From Squalus acanthias (lineage: Eukaryota): 64,000 bases of DNA. Of the stretch, positions 23,164 to 36,578 are shown one piece after another. Positions within the stretch are counted from its first letter, which is position 1. The number at the start of each line of letters is the position of its first letter. A model generated the notes under the pieces. That model was not told the DNA's origin. It saw only the letters and a list, made by a program, of their open reading frames with translations, and did no database searches. A program made the translations under genes and the position numbers. The DNA is taken from assembly GCA_030390025.1 (NCBI GenBank), contig CM059453.1, positions 7,316,001 to 7,380,000 of the forward strand, in the 5' to 3' direction.

Positions 23164-23729
23164 TGAGGGTCCAGTTTGGTTTTACTGACTGGTTTACTGA
23201 CGTGTGTTCAGGTCGAGGTCCCACTTTGTTTTTGACTGAAAGATTAGGGATTTTGGTACTGATTCAGGCCAATCCTGGTATTTGACTAGTTCATTGATTT
23301 ATCTGTTTACATCTGTGACCCAGTTTGGATTTAAGACTGTCGCTTCACAGGAAGCATCTTCTGTGTCTCGCCCACTGCTCTCTTTCGATGTGCCTGCTCC
23401 GAGGTGGTTTTGTTTACCGCTATTGCCAGTACAGCTCCAGAGCAGAGGCGTGAGCAGCTCGGTTCTATTTGGAGCCCAATTAGTTGTGGTGACTAAAGGC
23501 CATCTATTACGTCCTTGTGTGGAGATGATGTTGGGCAATTGAACGATACTGAGATTACTTGTTAGTCAGGCAGCATCCGGTTATATGCTCTCTTGCATTG
23601 TGAAAAGACCCTCAGTGTTTCCAGCTGTATGTTTAAACTGTAATGTAAAGTGAGAGCTCAGATTATCCATATTAATAATATATCCACGTAGTAACTAATA
23701 CTGGCTAATCATCATCACGCTATTAAGCT

Positions 23730-24170
23730 GTCAGCTGTCGTTCAATTGGTAGCACTCTCGCCTCTGAGTCCAAATGTCGTACTCCAGAGACGTGAGCAGA
23801 AAAACGAGGCTGGCACTCCCAGTGCAGAACGGAGGGAGAGCTGCACAGTCGAACGTCACCTTTTTCAATTGAGACGGTAAAACATGGCCCCGTCTACTCT
23901 CTCTGGTGGACCTAACCAATGCGCTGCCTCTATTTAGAAGAAAAGCCACAGAGATCTCCCTGGTGTCCTGGGCCAATATTTATCCCTCAATCACTCTCGC
24001 CAATAAAATAATATCACGTTGCTGTTTGTCGGAGCTTGCTGTGCTCAATTGGGTGCCGCGTTTCCTACATTACAACACTGACTACACATCAAAAGTACTT
24101 CTTTCGATGTAAATCGCTTTAGGAGGCCTTGAGGTCGTGAAAGGCCCTATAGAAATTCAATTTTTTCTCT
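23730..24170 (+). mobile_element. tRNA-headed Deu-domain SINE (SacSINE1/AmnSINE1-like)
   Basis: tRNA-like head (TTCAATTGGTAGCACTCTCGCCTCTGAGTC), core GGTGTCCTGGGCCAATATT, tail GAGGTCGTGAAAGGCCCTATAGAAAT. Family name is from memory of the consensus. Confidence 0.65.
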
Positions 24171-24934
24171 ACTGTCTCCTCGAAGATGTTGCTTTATAGC
24201 GTTAATTTTTTTAATGTATTCGTTCATGCGATGTGGGTGTCGCTAGCAAGGCCAGCATTTATTGCCCATCCCTATTTGCCCCTTGAGAAGGTGGTGATGA
24301 GCCGCCTTCTTGAACCGCTGCAGTCCGTGTGGGGAAGATACTCCCGCAATGACACACCTTTAACGTCTTTATCCCGAATTTCTCTACTCCAGTAATTCAC
24401 AATGGTATAATTTTCTTTGAAATAAAGGGAACATAAGCTTGCAATTCACTTTCAGATGCTGCTCGACCCGCGGTGTATTTCAACATTATATCTCTTGTTT
24501 TAAGAATGGATTGCCTCTGCTGGGATTGTAATATATTTCTTTCAACAGAGAGAAAAGCCATATTTGGTTCCTTTATCTGACACTAAGCATTGCAACCAGA
24601 CCCACTCCCACACAAAACATATTCCACCAGCCATCTCCAACTGTCAACTGCAACCCACTAGGCCATGAGGTCACACATTCCCGCACACAATGGACAGGAC
24701 AATACATCAAAACCACCAATGCAGCGCAGTTCTGACTGATTCGCAAAATGCTGCAGGGAATGGCTTTAAGATGGTTCGGGTAGCATGTGGAATATGAATG
24801 GCATCTCTCACTCCCTGCATCCTCATTGTGTTGAATTTAAAGTTCGTCACATCAACTCCCACATTACCTCTATCCGTTCTCAAGAACTCCAATACGTGAA
24901 GCTCTACCGTGTTCCCCCTCCCAATCTAGATCCA

Positions 24935-27900
24935 AAGAATCATAGAATGGGTTACAGCACTGAAGGAGGACATTCGGCCCGTCGAGCCCGTGCCAGCTCT
25001 CTGCAAGAGCACTTCAGCTAGACCCACTCCCCCCGCCCTTTTCCGGTAGCCCTGCATTTGTTTTCCTTAAGTTACTCAGACAGTTCCCTTTTGAAAGCCA
25101 CGATTGAATCTTCCTTCACCACCCTTTCAGGCAGTGCATTGCAGATCATAACCACTCGCTGCATATACAAAGTTTTTCTGCATGTCGCCTTTCTTTCTTC
25201 TGCCAATCACCTTGAATCTGTGTCTTCTGGTTCTCGACACCTTTCGCCAATGGGAACAGTTTTTCTCCATCTATTCGGTCTGGACCCCTCATGATTTTGA
25301 ACACCTCTATCAAATCTCCTCTCAACCTTCTCTGCTCTAAGGAGAACAACCCCTTCTTCTCCAATCATAATTTAATAGGACAAAGTCAGCATGGTTTTAC
25401 GAAGGGGAAGTCATGTTTGACAAATTTGCTGGAGTTCTTTGAGGAAGTAACATATAGAGTGGATAAAGGGGAACCAGTGGACGTAGTGTATTTAGACTTC
25501 CAAAAGGCATTTGACAAGGTGCCACACAAAAGATTATTGCTTAAGGTAAAAAATCACGGGATTGGGGGTAATATTCTGGCATGGATAGAGGATTGGCTAT
25601 CTAACAGAAAGCAAAGAGTTGGGATAAATGGTTCATTCTCAGACTGGCAATCAGTAACTAGTGGTGTTCCACAGGGGTCAGTGCTGGGTCCCCAACTCTT
25701 CACAATCTATATTAACGATTTGGAGGAAGGGACCAAGTGTAACATATCAAAATTTGCAGATGATACAAAGATGGGAGGGAAAGTAGTGAGTGAGGAGGAC
25801 ATAAAAAACCTGCAAGGGGACATAGACAGGCTAAGTAAGTGGGCAGAGATTTGGCAGATGGAATACAACACTGGAAAGTGTGAGGTGATGCACTTTGGCG
25901 GGAAAAATCCTAGAGCAATTTATTATCTTAATGGCAAGAAACTGGAGAGTACTGAAGTGCAAAGGGATCTGGGGGTCCTGGTGCACGAAATTCAAAAGGT
26001 TAGTATGCAGGTGCAGCAAGTGATTAAGAAGGCAAATTGAATGTTGGCTTTCATTGCTAGGGGGATAGAATATAAAAATAGGGAGGTATTGCTTCAGTTG
26101 TACAAGGTATTGGTGAGACCGCACCTGGAATACTGCATACAGTTTTGGTGTCCTTACTTAAGGAAAGACATCCTTGCTCTCGAGGCAGTGCAAAAAAGGT
26201 TCACTCGGTTAATCCCGGGGATGAGGGGGTGGTCATATGAGGAGAGGTTGGGTAGATTGGGACTCTACTCATTGGAGTTCAGAAGAATGAGAGGCGATCT
26301 TATTGAAACATATAAGATTGTGAAGGGGTTGGATCGGGTGGATGCGGGGAGGATGTTCCCGATGACGGGTGAGACGAGAACTAGGGGACATAGTCTTAGA
26401 ATAAGGGGCTGCTCTTTCAAAACTGAGATGAGGAGGAACTACTTCACTCAGAGGGTGGTAGGTCCATGGAATATGCTGCCACACAAAGCTGTAGAAGCTA
26501 CAACATTAATTAAATTTTAAACAGAAATAGACAGTTTCCTGGAAGTAAAGGGCATTAAGGGTTACGGGGAGCGGGCAGGAATTTGGACATGAGTCTAGGT
26601 TCGGATCGGTCATGGCCCTGTGGGTAGTGGAGCGGGCCCAGGGACTGTGTAGCCTGATTCTGCTCCTATTTCGTGTGTGCAATTCTGTTAGATGCAGGAG
26701 ATGGTTCTGTGATAGATAGTAGATTGGCGGTTAGGATCAGATCAGCCATGATCTTATTGAATGGCGGAGCAGGCTCGAGGGGCCGATTGGCCTACTCCTG
26801 CTCCTATTTCTTATGTTCTTATGTTCTTATGTAGTCTATCCACGTAACTGAAGGCCCCCATCCATGGAAGCCTTCTTCTCATCTTTTCTGCACCCTCTCC
26901 AAGTCCTTCACATCCTTCCTAAAGTGCAGTTCCCAGAATTGGACATAATACCTCAGTTGAGGCCGAACCTGTTTTGTTTAATCTTCAGAATGTCTTCATA
27001 GCATTTGAATTCTAAGACTCTATTTATGAAGCCCAGAATCGCGTAGGATTTTTAGTTATTTAAACAGGATTTGTCTTTAACATGTCCGTGCTGGCTTTCC
27101 TTAATTAATCCACACTTGTCTTAGTGACTGTTAATTTTGTTCCTGAGTATTGTTTCTAAAAGCTTCCCCACTACCGAGGTTAATCTGACTGGCATGTAGT
27201 TGCTGGGTTTAACATCACATTCTTTTTTGAACAAGGGTGTAACATTTGCAATTCTCCAGTACTCTGGCACCACCCCCATATCAAAGGAGGATCGAAAGAT
27301 TATGGACAGCACCTCCGTGATTTCCACGTTTCCATCCCTCAGCATCTTAGGATGCATCCCATCCGGTCTTTTTGACTTATCTACGTTTAGTACAGCCAGC
27401 CTTTCTAGTACCTCCTCCTTATCAATTTTAAACCCAACCAGTATCTAATTACTTCCTCTTTTACCACGAATTTGGCAGCATCTTCTTCCTTGTAAAAGGC
27501 AGATGCAAAGTACTCATATAGTTCCACAGCCATGCCCTCTGCCTCCATGCGTAGGTTTCCATCTTGTTCCTTAATCGGCCCCACCCCTCCTCTTACTACC
27601 ACTTTCCTATTTATATGCCTATTCAACACTTTTGAATTACCTTTTATGTTAGCTGCCAACCTATTCACATATTCTCTCTTTACCCCTCTTATTTCCTTTT
27701 ATACTTCCACTCTGAACTTTCAATATTCAGCCTGGTTCTCACTTGTATTCTCAACCTGACATCTGTTATACGTGTCCTTTTTCTGCTACATCTTACTCAC
27801 TGTCTCTTTCTTCACCCAGGGAGCTCTGGCTTTGGTCGGTCTACCTTTCCCCCTCGTAGGAATGTACCTCGACTGTACCCGAACCACCTCCTCTTTAAAG

Positions 27901-28500
27901 GCAGCCCATTGTTCGATTACAGTTTTACTTGCCTAAATATTTAATTCCAATTTACCTCTGCCAGATCCATTCTCAACCCACTGAATCTGGCCTTTTTCGA
28001 ATTAAGTATTTTTACTCTAGATTGCTCCCTGTCATTTTCCATTGCTAATCTAAACATTCTTCTACTGAGATCACTTTTCCCTAAATGTCCCCCGACTGAC
28101 ACTTGCACTACTTGACCCACCTCATCTCCCAGAACCAGAACCAGCCATGCGTCCTTCCTCGTTGGGCCAGAAACATGCGGATCAAGAAAGATTTCCTGAA
28201 CAGACTATAGAAATTCTTGCCCCTCTCTGCCCTTTACACTATTACTATCCCAGACTATATTAGGAAAGTTGAATTTCCCATTATCAATACTCTAAATTTC
28301 TGGCACCTCTCTGTAAATTCCCTGCAAAGTTGCTCCTCTATATATTACCCACTAGTTGGTGTCCTATAGAATATACCTGGAAGTGCAAAGGCACCTCTAT
28401 TATTTCTCAACTCTAATCAAATAGATTCTGTCCTTGGCCCCGCCATGATATCCTTTCTCTCCAGCACTGTAATATTCTCATTGTGCAATTCTGCCACCCA
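24935..28500 (-). mobile_element. CR1-type LINE with RT core deleted, array unit 1 (interrupted by nested LINE)
   Basis: Endonuclease and linker motifs on the minus strand run into the post-RT region at ~27050. Confidence 0.88.
25364..26832 (+). mobile_element. Young CR1-type LINE nested in array unit 1 only
   Basis: ORFs 25291-26040 and 26041-26520 (QHGF, YLDFQKAFD, VPQGSVLGP, FADD), (TTCTTATG)n tail. The empty site CTCCAGTCT is seen in units 2-4. Confidence 0.96.
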
Positions 28501-28720
28501 CCTCCTTTTTTCCCTTCCCTGCCTCTTACACTCTAATGAAATGTAAAGCACTAATCTGTCCAAAAAAACTGATTCAGTTGTCTCAGCTTCATTCCTACTT
28601 TTCCCTGCTTCAGCGGATTTCTCTCTGCAAACGAAAACATCTGCTTAGCTACCCCAACTGTAAAATTCCATTTCACAAGCTCATCTATTATTAGCGTAAA
28701 TTTCTCTATTTTATCTAAAA

Positions 28721-29515
28721 GGTAATGCATTTGGGGAGCGCTAACAAGGAAAGGGAATATACATTAAATATTAGGACACTGAATAGTGTAGAGGAACAAA
28801 GGGACCATGGAGTGCATGTCCACTGAACCCTGAAGGAAGCAGGCCAGGTAGATGAGGTGGTTAAGAAGGCATACGGAATGCTTGCCTTTATCAGCCGTGG
28901 CATAGAGCACAAGAGCAGGGGGGTTATGCTTCAACTGTACAAAACACTAGTTAGGCCTCAGCTAGAGTACTGCGTGCAGTTCTGGTCAGCACATTATAGG
29001 AAAGATGTGATTGCACTACAGAGGTTACAGAGGAGATGTACAAGGATGTTGCCGGGAGTAGAGAATCTTAGCAATGAGGAAAGACTGGAAATGTTGGGTC
29101 TGTTTTCCTTGTAACAAAGGAGGCAGACGGGAGACCTTATAGAGCTGTATAAAATTATGAGGGGCACAGATAAAGTGGATAGAAAGGACCTATTTCCCTT
29201 AGCAGAATGATCACAAACCAGGGGACACAGATTTAAAGTAATTGGTGGAAGGTTTAGAGGGATTTGAGGGGAAATGTCTTCACCCACAGTGTTGCGGGGT
29301 TCTGGAACTCACTGCCTGAAAGGGTGGTAGAGGAAGGAACACTAACCACATTTAAAAAGTACTTGGATGTGCACTTGGAATGCTGTAACCTGCAGGGCTA
29401 CGGACCAAGAGCTCGGAAGTGAGATTAGGCTGGATAGCTCTTTGTTGGCCAGCGCGGACACGATGGGCCGAAATGGCCTCCTCCCGTGCTGTAACATGCT
29501 ATGATTATATGACTC
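28721..29515 (+). mobile_element. CR1-type 3' fragment, array unit 1
   Basis: KKAYGMLAFISRGIE...RPQLEYCVQFW; GLFSL* stop shared by all four units. Confidence 0.9.
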
Positions 29516-30459
29516 TAAAAAGAAAGACATTGCATTTATATCGCACTTTTCACTACCACCGAACGTCCAAAGTGCTTTACAGCCAGTGAAGTTCTTTTGA
29601 ACTGCAGCAATTTTGCAATGTAAGCAACGCGGCATCCAATTAGCACTCAGCAAGTTCCCACAAACAGCAACGTGTTACCTCGGTCCTAAGCTCTGGAATT
29701 CCCTGCATAATCCTCGCCGCCTCGCTACCTCCTTTCCTCCATTAAGACATTCCTTAAAACCTACCTCTTTGACCAAGCTTTTGGTCACCTGCTCTAATTA
29801 ATCCTTACGTGGCTCGGTGTCAGTTTGTTTTTCTTAAAATACTCCTGTGCAGCGCCTTGGGAAGTTTTATGTCGTTAAAGGCGCTCTATCAATACAAGTT
29901 GTTGTTATTGTTGTTGTTGAGTAATTTAGGGAATTTGGTACAGATTCATGCCCCAGTTTGGTTTTAATGACTAGTTTAGGGACATTTTTTCTCACCCAGG
30001 TACTAGTTCTGTTTTTGACTAGTTTAGGGATGTGCGTTTAGGTTTGAGACCCAGTTTGGGTTTAATACTGCTGGTTGATATGAAGCATCTTCAGTTTCTC
30101 ACCCATTGTTCTCTTCTGATGTGCTGCTCCGCGGTGGGTTTGTTTACGGCTAGTGCGTGTAGCAGCTCCAGAGCAGAGGCGTGCAGAGCTCGGTTCTATT
30201 TAGAGCCCAAATAGTTGTGGTGACTGCAGGCCATCTGTGATGTCTTAGGGTATAAATCATTTTGGACAATTGAACCCGAATGAGGTTAATTGTGGTCAGG
30301 CAGCATCCGGTTATACATTGTGCTGTATTGTGAAATGACCTATAATGTTTGCAGCTTCATGTTTATGCTGTAATGTAAAGTGAGAGCCCATAGCATCCAT
30401 GTTAATAATATATGGAGATAACAAATAATACCTGCTGATAATTATCGCGCTATTAATTA

Positions 30460-30860
30460 ATCAGCTGTGACTAAAAGTCCAGAGACTTCAGCTCACATTC
30501 TGAGCTAGCACTTCATTGCAGTGCTGCACTGTCGGACGTGCTGTCTTTAAGATGAAACGATGAAGCTTGGCCCGTTCCGTCCTCAAGGTCGTCCTAAAAA
30601 TAAGAGCATGCCACTATTTCGAAGAAGAGCAGCAAATATCTCGGCGGTGTCCTGGGCCAATATTAATCCTTCAACCAACAAAACCAAAACAAATTATCCA
30701 GCTATTATCAGATAGCTGTTTGTGGGAGCTTGCTGTGCTCAAATGGTCTGCCACGTTTCATACATTACAAAAGTGACTACAGATCAAAAGTACTTAATTG
30801 GCGGTAAAACGTTTTGGGTCGTCCTGAGGTGATGAAAGAATCCATATAAATGTAACTTCT
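30460..30860 (+). mobile_element. Deu-domain SINE remnant in array (copies at ~35560, ~40645, ~45705)
   Basis: Homologous to 23730-24170. Confidence 0.6.
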
Positions 30861-31496
30861 TTCTTCCATTGTATCTTCTATGTTCTCCACTTAGATGTTG
30901 CTGCATGTGACGTTATTAACAAATCAATAACATCTTTATGCCACAATTACCCCTCTCCAGTACTAATAAAAGTTGCAAATTTATTTGATAAAACGGTTGA
31001 AAAACTTTGTCTTCACTTTCAGGCGCTGGCCGACCCGCGGTGTATTTCAAATTTTTTATCTATTTTTTTTAAGATTGGATTGCCTCTGCTGGGATTGTAA
31101 TATATTTCTTTCAAACAGAGACAAAAGCCATATTTGGTTCCTTTATCAGACACTAAGCATTGCATCCAGACCCATTCCACACAAAATATATTCCACCAGC
31201 CATCTCTAACTGTCAACTGCAACCCACTAGGCCATGAGGTCGCACATTCCCGCAGCCAAAAGACAGGACAATACATCAAAACCACCAATGCAGCGCAGTT
31301 CTGACTGATTCACAAAATGCTGCAGGGAATGGCTTTAGATGGTTCGGGTAGCATGTGGAATATGAACGGCATCTCTCACTCCCTGCATCCTCATTGTGTT
31401 TAATTTAAAGTTCGCCACATCAACTCCCACTTTCCCTCTATCCTTTCTCAAGATCTCCAATCAGTGAAGATCTACCGTATTCCCCCTCCCAACCTA

Positions 31497-33600
31497 GAAT
31501 CAAAGAATCATAGAATGGGTTACAGCACTGAAGGAGTACATTCGGCCCGTCGAGCCCGTGCCAGCTCTCTGCAAGAGCACTTCAGCTAGTCCCACTACCC
31601 CCGCCCTTTCCCCGTAGCCCTGCAATTCTTTTTTCCTAAAGTTACTCTGTCTGTTCCCTTTTGAAAGCCACGATTGAACCTTCCTCCACCACACTTTCAG
31701 GCAGTGCATTGCAGATCATAATCACTCGCTGCGTATAAAAAGTTGTCCGCATGTCGCCTTTGATTCTTCTGCCAATCACCTTGAATCTGTGTCTTCTGCT
31801 TCTCGATACCTTTCGCCAATGGGAACAGTTTTTCTCCATCTACTCGGTCTAGACCCCTCATGATTTTGAACACCTCTATCAAATCTCCTCTCAACCTTCT
31901 CTGCTGTAAGGAGAACAATCCCTGCTTCTCCAGTCTATCCACGTAACTGAAGGCCCCCATCCATGGAAGCCTTCTTCTCATCTTTTCTGCACCCGCACGA
32001 AGTCCTTCACATCCTTCCTAAAGTGCAGTTCCCAGAATTGTACACAATACCTCAGTTGAGGCCGAACCTGTGTTGTTTAAATCTTCAGCATGACTTCCTA
32101 GCATTTGAACTCTAAGACTCTATTTGTGAAGCCCAGGATCCCGTAGGCTTTTTAGTTGTTTAAACAGGATTCGCCTTTAACATGCCCGTGCTGGCTTTCC
32201 TTAATTATTCCACACTTGTCTTAGTGACTGTTAATTTTGTTCCAGATTATTGTTTCTAAAAGCTTCCCCACTACCGAGGTTAAACTGACTGGCATGTAGT
32301 TGCTGGGTTTATCCTCACATATTTTTTGAACAAGGGTGTAACATTTGCAATCTCCAATAATCTGGCACCACCCCCGTATCCAAAGAGGATCGAAAGATTA
32401 TGGACAGTACCTCCGTGATTTCCACTTTTCCTTCCCTCAGCATCTTAGGATGCATCCCATCCGGTCTTGTTGACTTATCTACTTTAAGTACAGCCAGCCA
32501 TTCTAGTACCTCCTCCTTCTTAATTTTTATCCCATCCAGTAGCTCACTACTTCCTCTTTTACCACGAATTTGGCAGCATCTTCTTCCTTGTTAAAGGCAG
32601 ATGCAAAGTACTCATTTAGTTCCTCAGACATGCCCTCTGCCTCCTTGCGTACTTTTCCATCTTGGTCCCTAATCAGCCCCACCCCTCCTCTTACTTTCCG
32701 TTTACTATTTATATGCCTATTCAACACTTTTGAAATACCTTTTATGTTAGCTGCCAACCTATTCACATATTCTCTCTCTGCCCCTCTTATTTCCTTTTAA
32801 ACTTCCCCTCTGAATTTTCAATATTCAGCCTGGTTCTCACTTGAATTCTCAACCTGACAGCTGTTATACGTGTCCTTTTTCTATCCATCTTACTCACTGT
32901 CTCTTTCGTCACCCACGGAGCTCTGGCTTTGGTCGGTCTACCTTTCCCCCTCGTAGGAATGTACCTCGACTGTACCCGAACCACTTCCTCTTTAAAGGCA
33001 GCCCAATGTTCGATTACAGTTCTGCTTGCCAATATTTAATTCCAATTAACCTGGCCCAGATCCATTCTCAACCCACTGAAATTGGCCTTTTTCCAATTAA
33101 GTATTTTTAATCTAGATTGCACCCTGTCCTTTTCCCTTGCTAATCTAAACCTTCTGATACTGTGATCACTTTTCCCTAAATGTCCCCCTACTAACACTTG
33201 CTCTACTTGACCCACCTCATTCCCCAGAACCAGATCCAGCCATGCGTCCTTCCTCGTTGGGCCAGAAACATCCGGATCAAGAAAGTTTTCCTGAACAGAC
33301 TATAGAAATTCTTGCCCCTCTCTGCCCTTTACACTATTACTATCCCAGACTATATTAGGAAAGTTGACGTCCCCCATTATCAATACTCTATATTTCTGGC
33401 ACCTCTCTGTAATTTCCCTGCAAAGTTGCTCCTCTATATATTTCCCACTGGTTGGTTTCCTATAGAATAAAACTAGAATTGCAATGGCACCTCTATTATT
33501 ACTCAACTCTAATCAAATATATTCTGTCCTTGGCCCTCCAGGATATCCTTTCTCTCCATTACTGTAATATTCTCCTTGTGCAATTCTGCCACCCACCACA
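31497..33600 (-). mobile_element. RT-deleted CR1-type LINE, array unit 2
   Basis: Copy of the unit 1 element without the nested insertion. Confidence 0.88.
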
Positions 33601-33819
33601 TTTTTTTCCTTCCCTTCCTCTTACACTCTCGAGAAATGTAAAGATCAAACCTGTCCAAATCTAACTGATTTAGTTGTCTCAGCTTCATTTCTACTTTTCC
33701 CTACTTCAGCGGATTTCTCTCTGAAAGCGAAAACTACTGCTTAGCTACCCCAACTGTATAATTCCATTTCACAAGCTCATCTATTATTAGCGTTAATTTC
33801 TCTATTTTATCTAAAATAT

Positions 33820-34610
33820 AATGCATTTGGGGAGCGCTAACAAGGAAAGAGAATATACATTAAATATTAGGACACTGAATAGTGTAGAGGAACAAAGGGA
33901 CCTTGGAGTGCATGTCACAGATCCCTGAAGTAAGCAGGCCAGGTAGATAAGGTGGTTAAGAAGGCATACGGAATGCTTGCCTTTATTAGCCGTGGCATAG
34001 AGCACAAGAGCAGGGGGGTTATGCTTCAACAGTACAAAACACTAGTTAGGCCTCAGCTAGAGTACTGCGTGCAGTTCTGGTCACCACATTATAGGAAAGA
34101 TGTGATTGCACTAGAGAGGTTACAGAGGAGATGTACAAGGATGTTTCCGGGAGTAGAGAATCTTAGCAATGAGGAAAGACTGGAAAGGCTGGGTCTGTTT
34201 TCCTTGTAACTGAGGAGGCAGACGGGAGACCTTATGGAGGTGTATAAAATTATGAGGGGCACAGATAAAGTGGATAGAAAGGACCTATTTCCCTTAGCAG
34301 AAGGGTCACAAACCAGGGGGCACAGATTTAAAGTAATTGGTGGAAGGTTTAGAGGGATTTGGGGGGAAATTTCTTCACCCAGAGGGTTGCGGGGGTCTGG
34401 AACTCACTGCCTGAAAGGTTGGTAGAGGCAGGAACCCTAACCACATTTAAAAAGTACTTGGATGTGCACTTGGAATGCTGTAACCTGCAAGGCTACTGAC
34501 CAAGAGCTGGGAAGTGGAATTAGGCTGGATAGCTCTTTGTTGGCCGGCGCGGACACGATGGGCCGAAATGGCCTCCTCCCGTGCTGTAACATGCTATGAT
34601 TCTATGACTG
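33820..34610 (+). mobile_element. CR1-type 3' fragment, array unit 2
   Basis: ORFs 33952-34209 and 34234-34425. Confidence 0.9.
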
Positions 34611-36578
34611 TCAAAAGAAAGACATTGCAATTATACCGCACTTTTCACGACCGCCGAACGACCCAATGTGCTTTACAGTCAGTGAAGTTCTTTGGAAGTG
34701 TAGCAATTTTGCAATGTAAGAAACGCGGCATCCAATTGGCACTCAGCAAGTTCCCACAAACGGCAACGTGTTGCCGAGGTCCTAAGCTCTGGAATTCCCT
34801 CCATAATCCTCGCCGCCTCGCTACCTCACTTTCCTCCATTAAGACAATCCTTAAAACCTACCTCTTTGACCAAGCTTTTGGTCACCTGCTCTAATTTATC
34901 CTTTTGTGGCTCGGTTTCAGTTTGTTTGTCTTAAAATACTCCTGTGCAGCGCCTTGGGACGTTTTATGTCGTTAAAGCGCTATATCAATAAAAGTTGTTG
35001 TTATTGTTGTTGTTGAATAATTTAGGGAATTTGGTACAGATTCATGCCCCAGTTTGGTTTTAATGACTAGTTTAGGGACATTTTTTCTCACCCAAGTACT
35101 AGTTATGTTTTTGACTAGTTTAGGGATGTGCGTTTAGTTCTGAGACCCAGTATGGGTTTAATACTGCCGGTTCATATGAAGCATCTTCAGGTTCTCACCC
35201 ATTGTTCTCTTCTGAGGTGCTGCTCGGCGGTGGGTTTGTTTACGCCTAGTGCGTGTACCAGCTGCAGAGCAGAGGCGTGCAGAGCTCGGCTCTATTTAGA
35301 GCCCAAATAGTTGTGGTGACTGCAGGCCATCTGTTACGTCTTAGGGTGTAAGTCATTTTGGACAATTGAACCAGAATGAGGTTAATTGTGGTCAGGCAGC
35401 ATCCGGGTATACATTGTGCTGTATTGTGATATGACCTATAATTTTTGCAGCTGCATGTTTAAGCTGTAATGTAAAGTGAGAGCCCATAACATCCATGTTA
35501 ATAATATATGGAGATAACAATTAATACCTGCTGATAATTATCTCGCTATTAAGTAATCAGCTGTGACTGAAAGTCCAGAGACTTCAGCTCACATTCTAAG
35601 CTGGCACTTCATTGCAGTGCTGCACTGTCGGAGGTGCTGTCTTTAAGATGAAACGATAAAGTGTGGCCGGCTCCGTCTTCAAGTTCGTCCTCATAATAAA
35701 AGCATGCCACTATTTCGAAGAAGAGCAGCAAAGATCTCGGCGGTGTCCTGGGCCAATATTAATCCTTCAACCAACATAACCAAAACAAATTATCCGGCTA
35801 TTATCAGATAGTTGTTTGTGGGAGTTTGCTGTGCTCAAATGGTCTGCCACGTTTCATACATTACAAAAGTGACTACACATCAAAAGTACTTAATTGGCTT
35901 TAAAACGTTTTGGGTCGTCCTGAGGTGATGAAAGGCTGAATATAAATGTAACTTATTTCTTCCATTGTATCTTCCACGTTCTCCACTTAGATGTTGCTGC
36001 ATGTGACGTTATTAACAAATCGATAACATCTTTATGCCACAATTACCCCTCTCCAGTACTAATAAAAGGTGCAAATTTATTTGATAAAACGGATGAAAAA
36101 CTTTGTCTCCACTTTCAGGCTTTGGCCGACCCTCTGTGTTTTTCAACACTTTATCTCTTTTTATTAAGAATGGATTGCCTCTGCTGGGATTGTAACATAT
36201 TTCTTTCAAACAGAGACAAAAGCCATATTTGGTTCCTTTATCAGACAGTAAGCATTGCAACCAGACCCACTCCCACACAAAACATCTTCCACCAGCCATT
36301 TCTAACTGTCAACTGCAACCCACTAGGGCATGAGGTCACACATTCCCGCACCCAATGGACAGGACATAGATCAAAACCACCAGTGCAGCGCAGTTCTGAC
36401 TGATTCTCAAAATGCTTTAAGATGGTTCGGGTAGCATGTGGAATATGAACGGCATCTCTCACTCCGTGCATCCTCATTGTGTCGAATTTAAAGTTCGTCA
36501 CATCAACTCCCACTTTCCCTCTATCCTTTCTCAAGATCTCCAATCAGTGAAGCTCTACCGTATTCCCGCTCCCAACCT

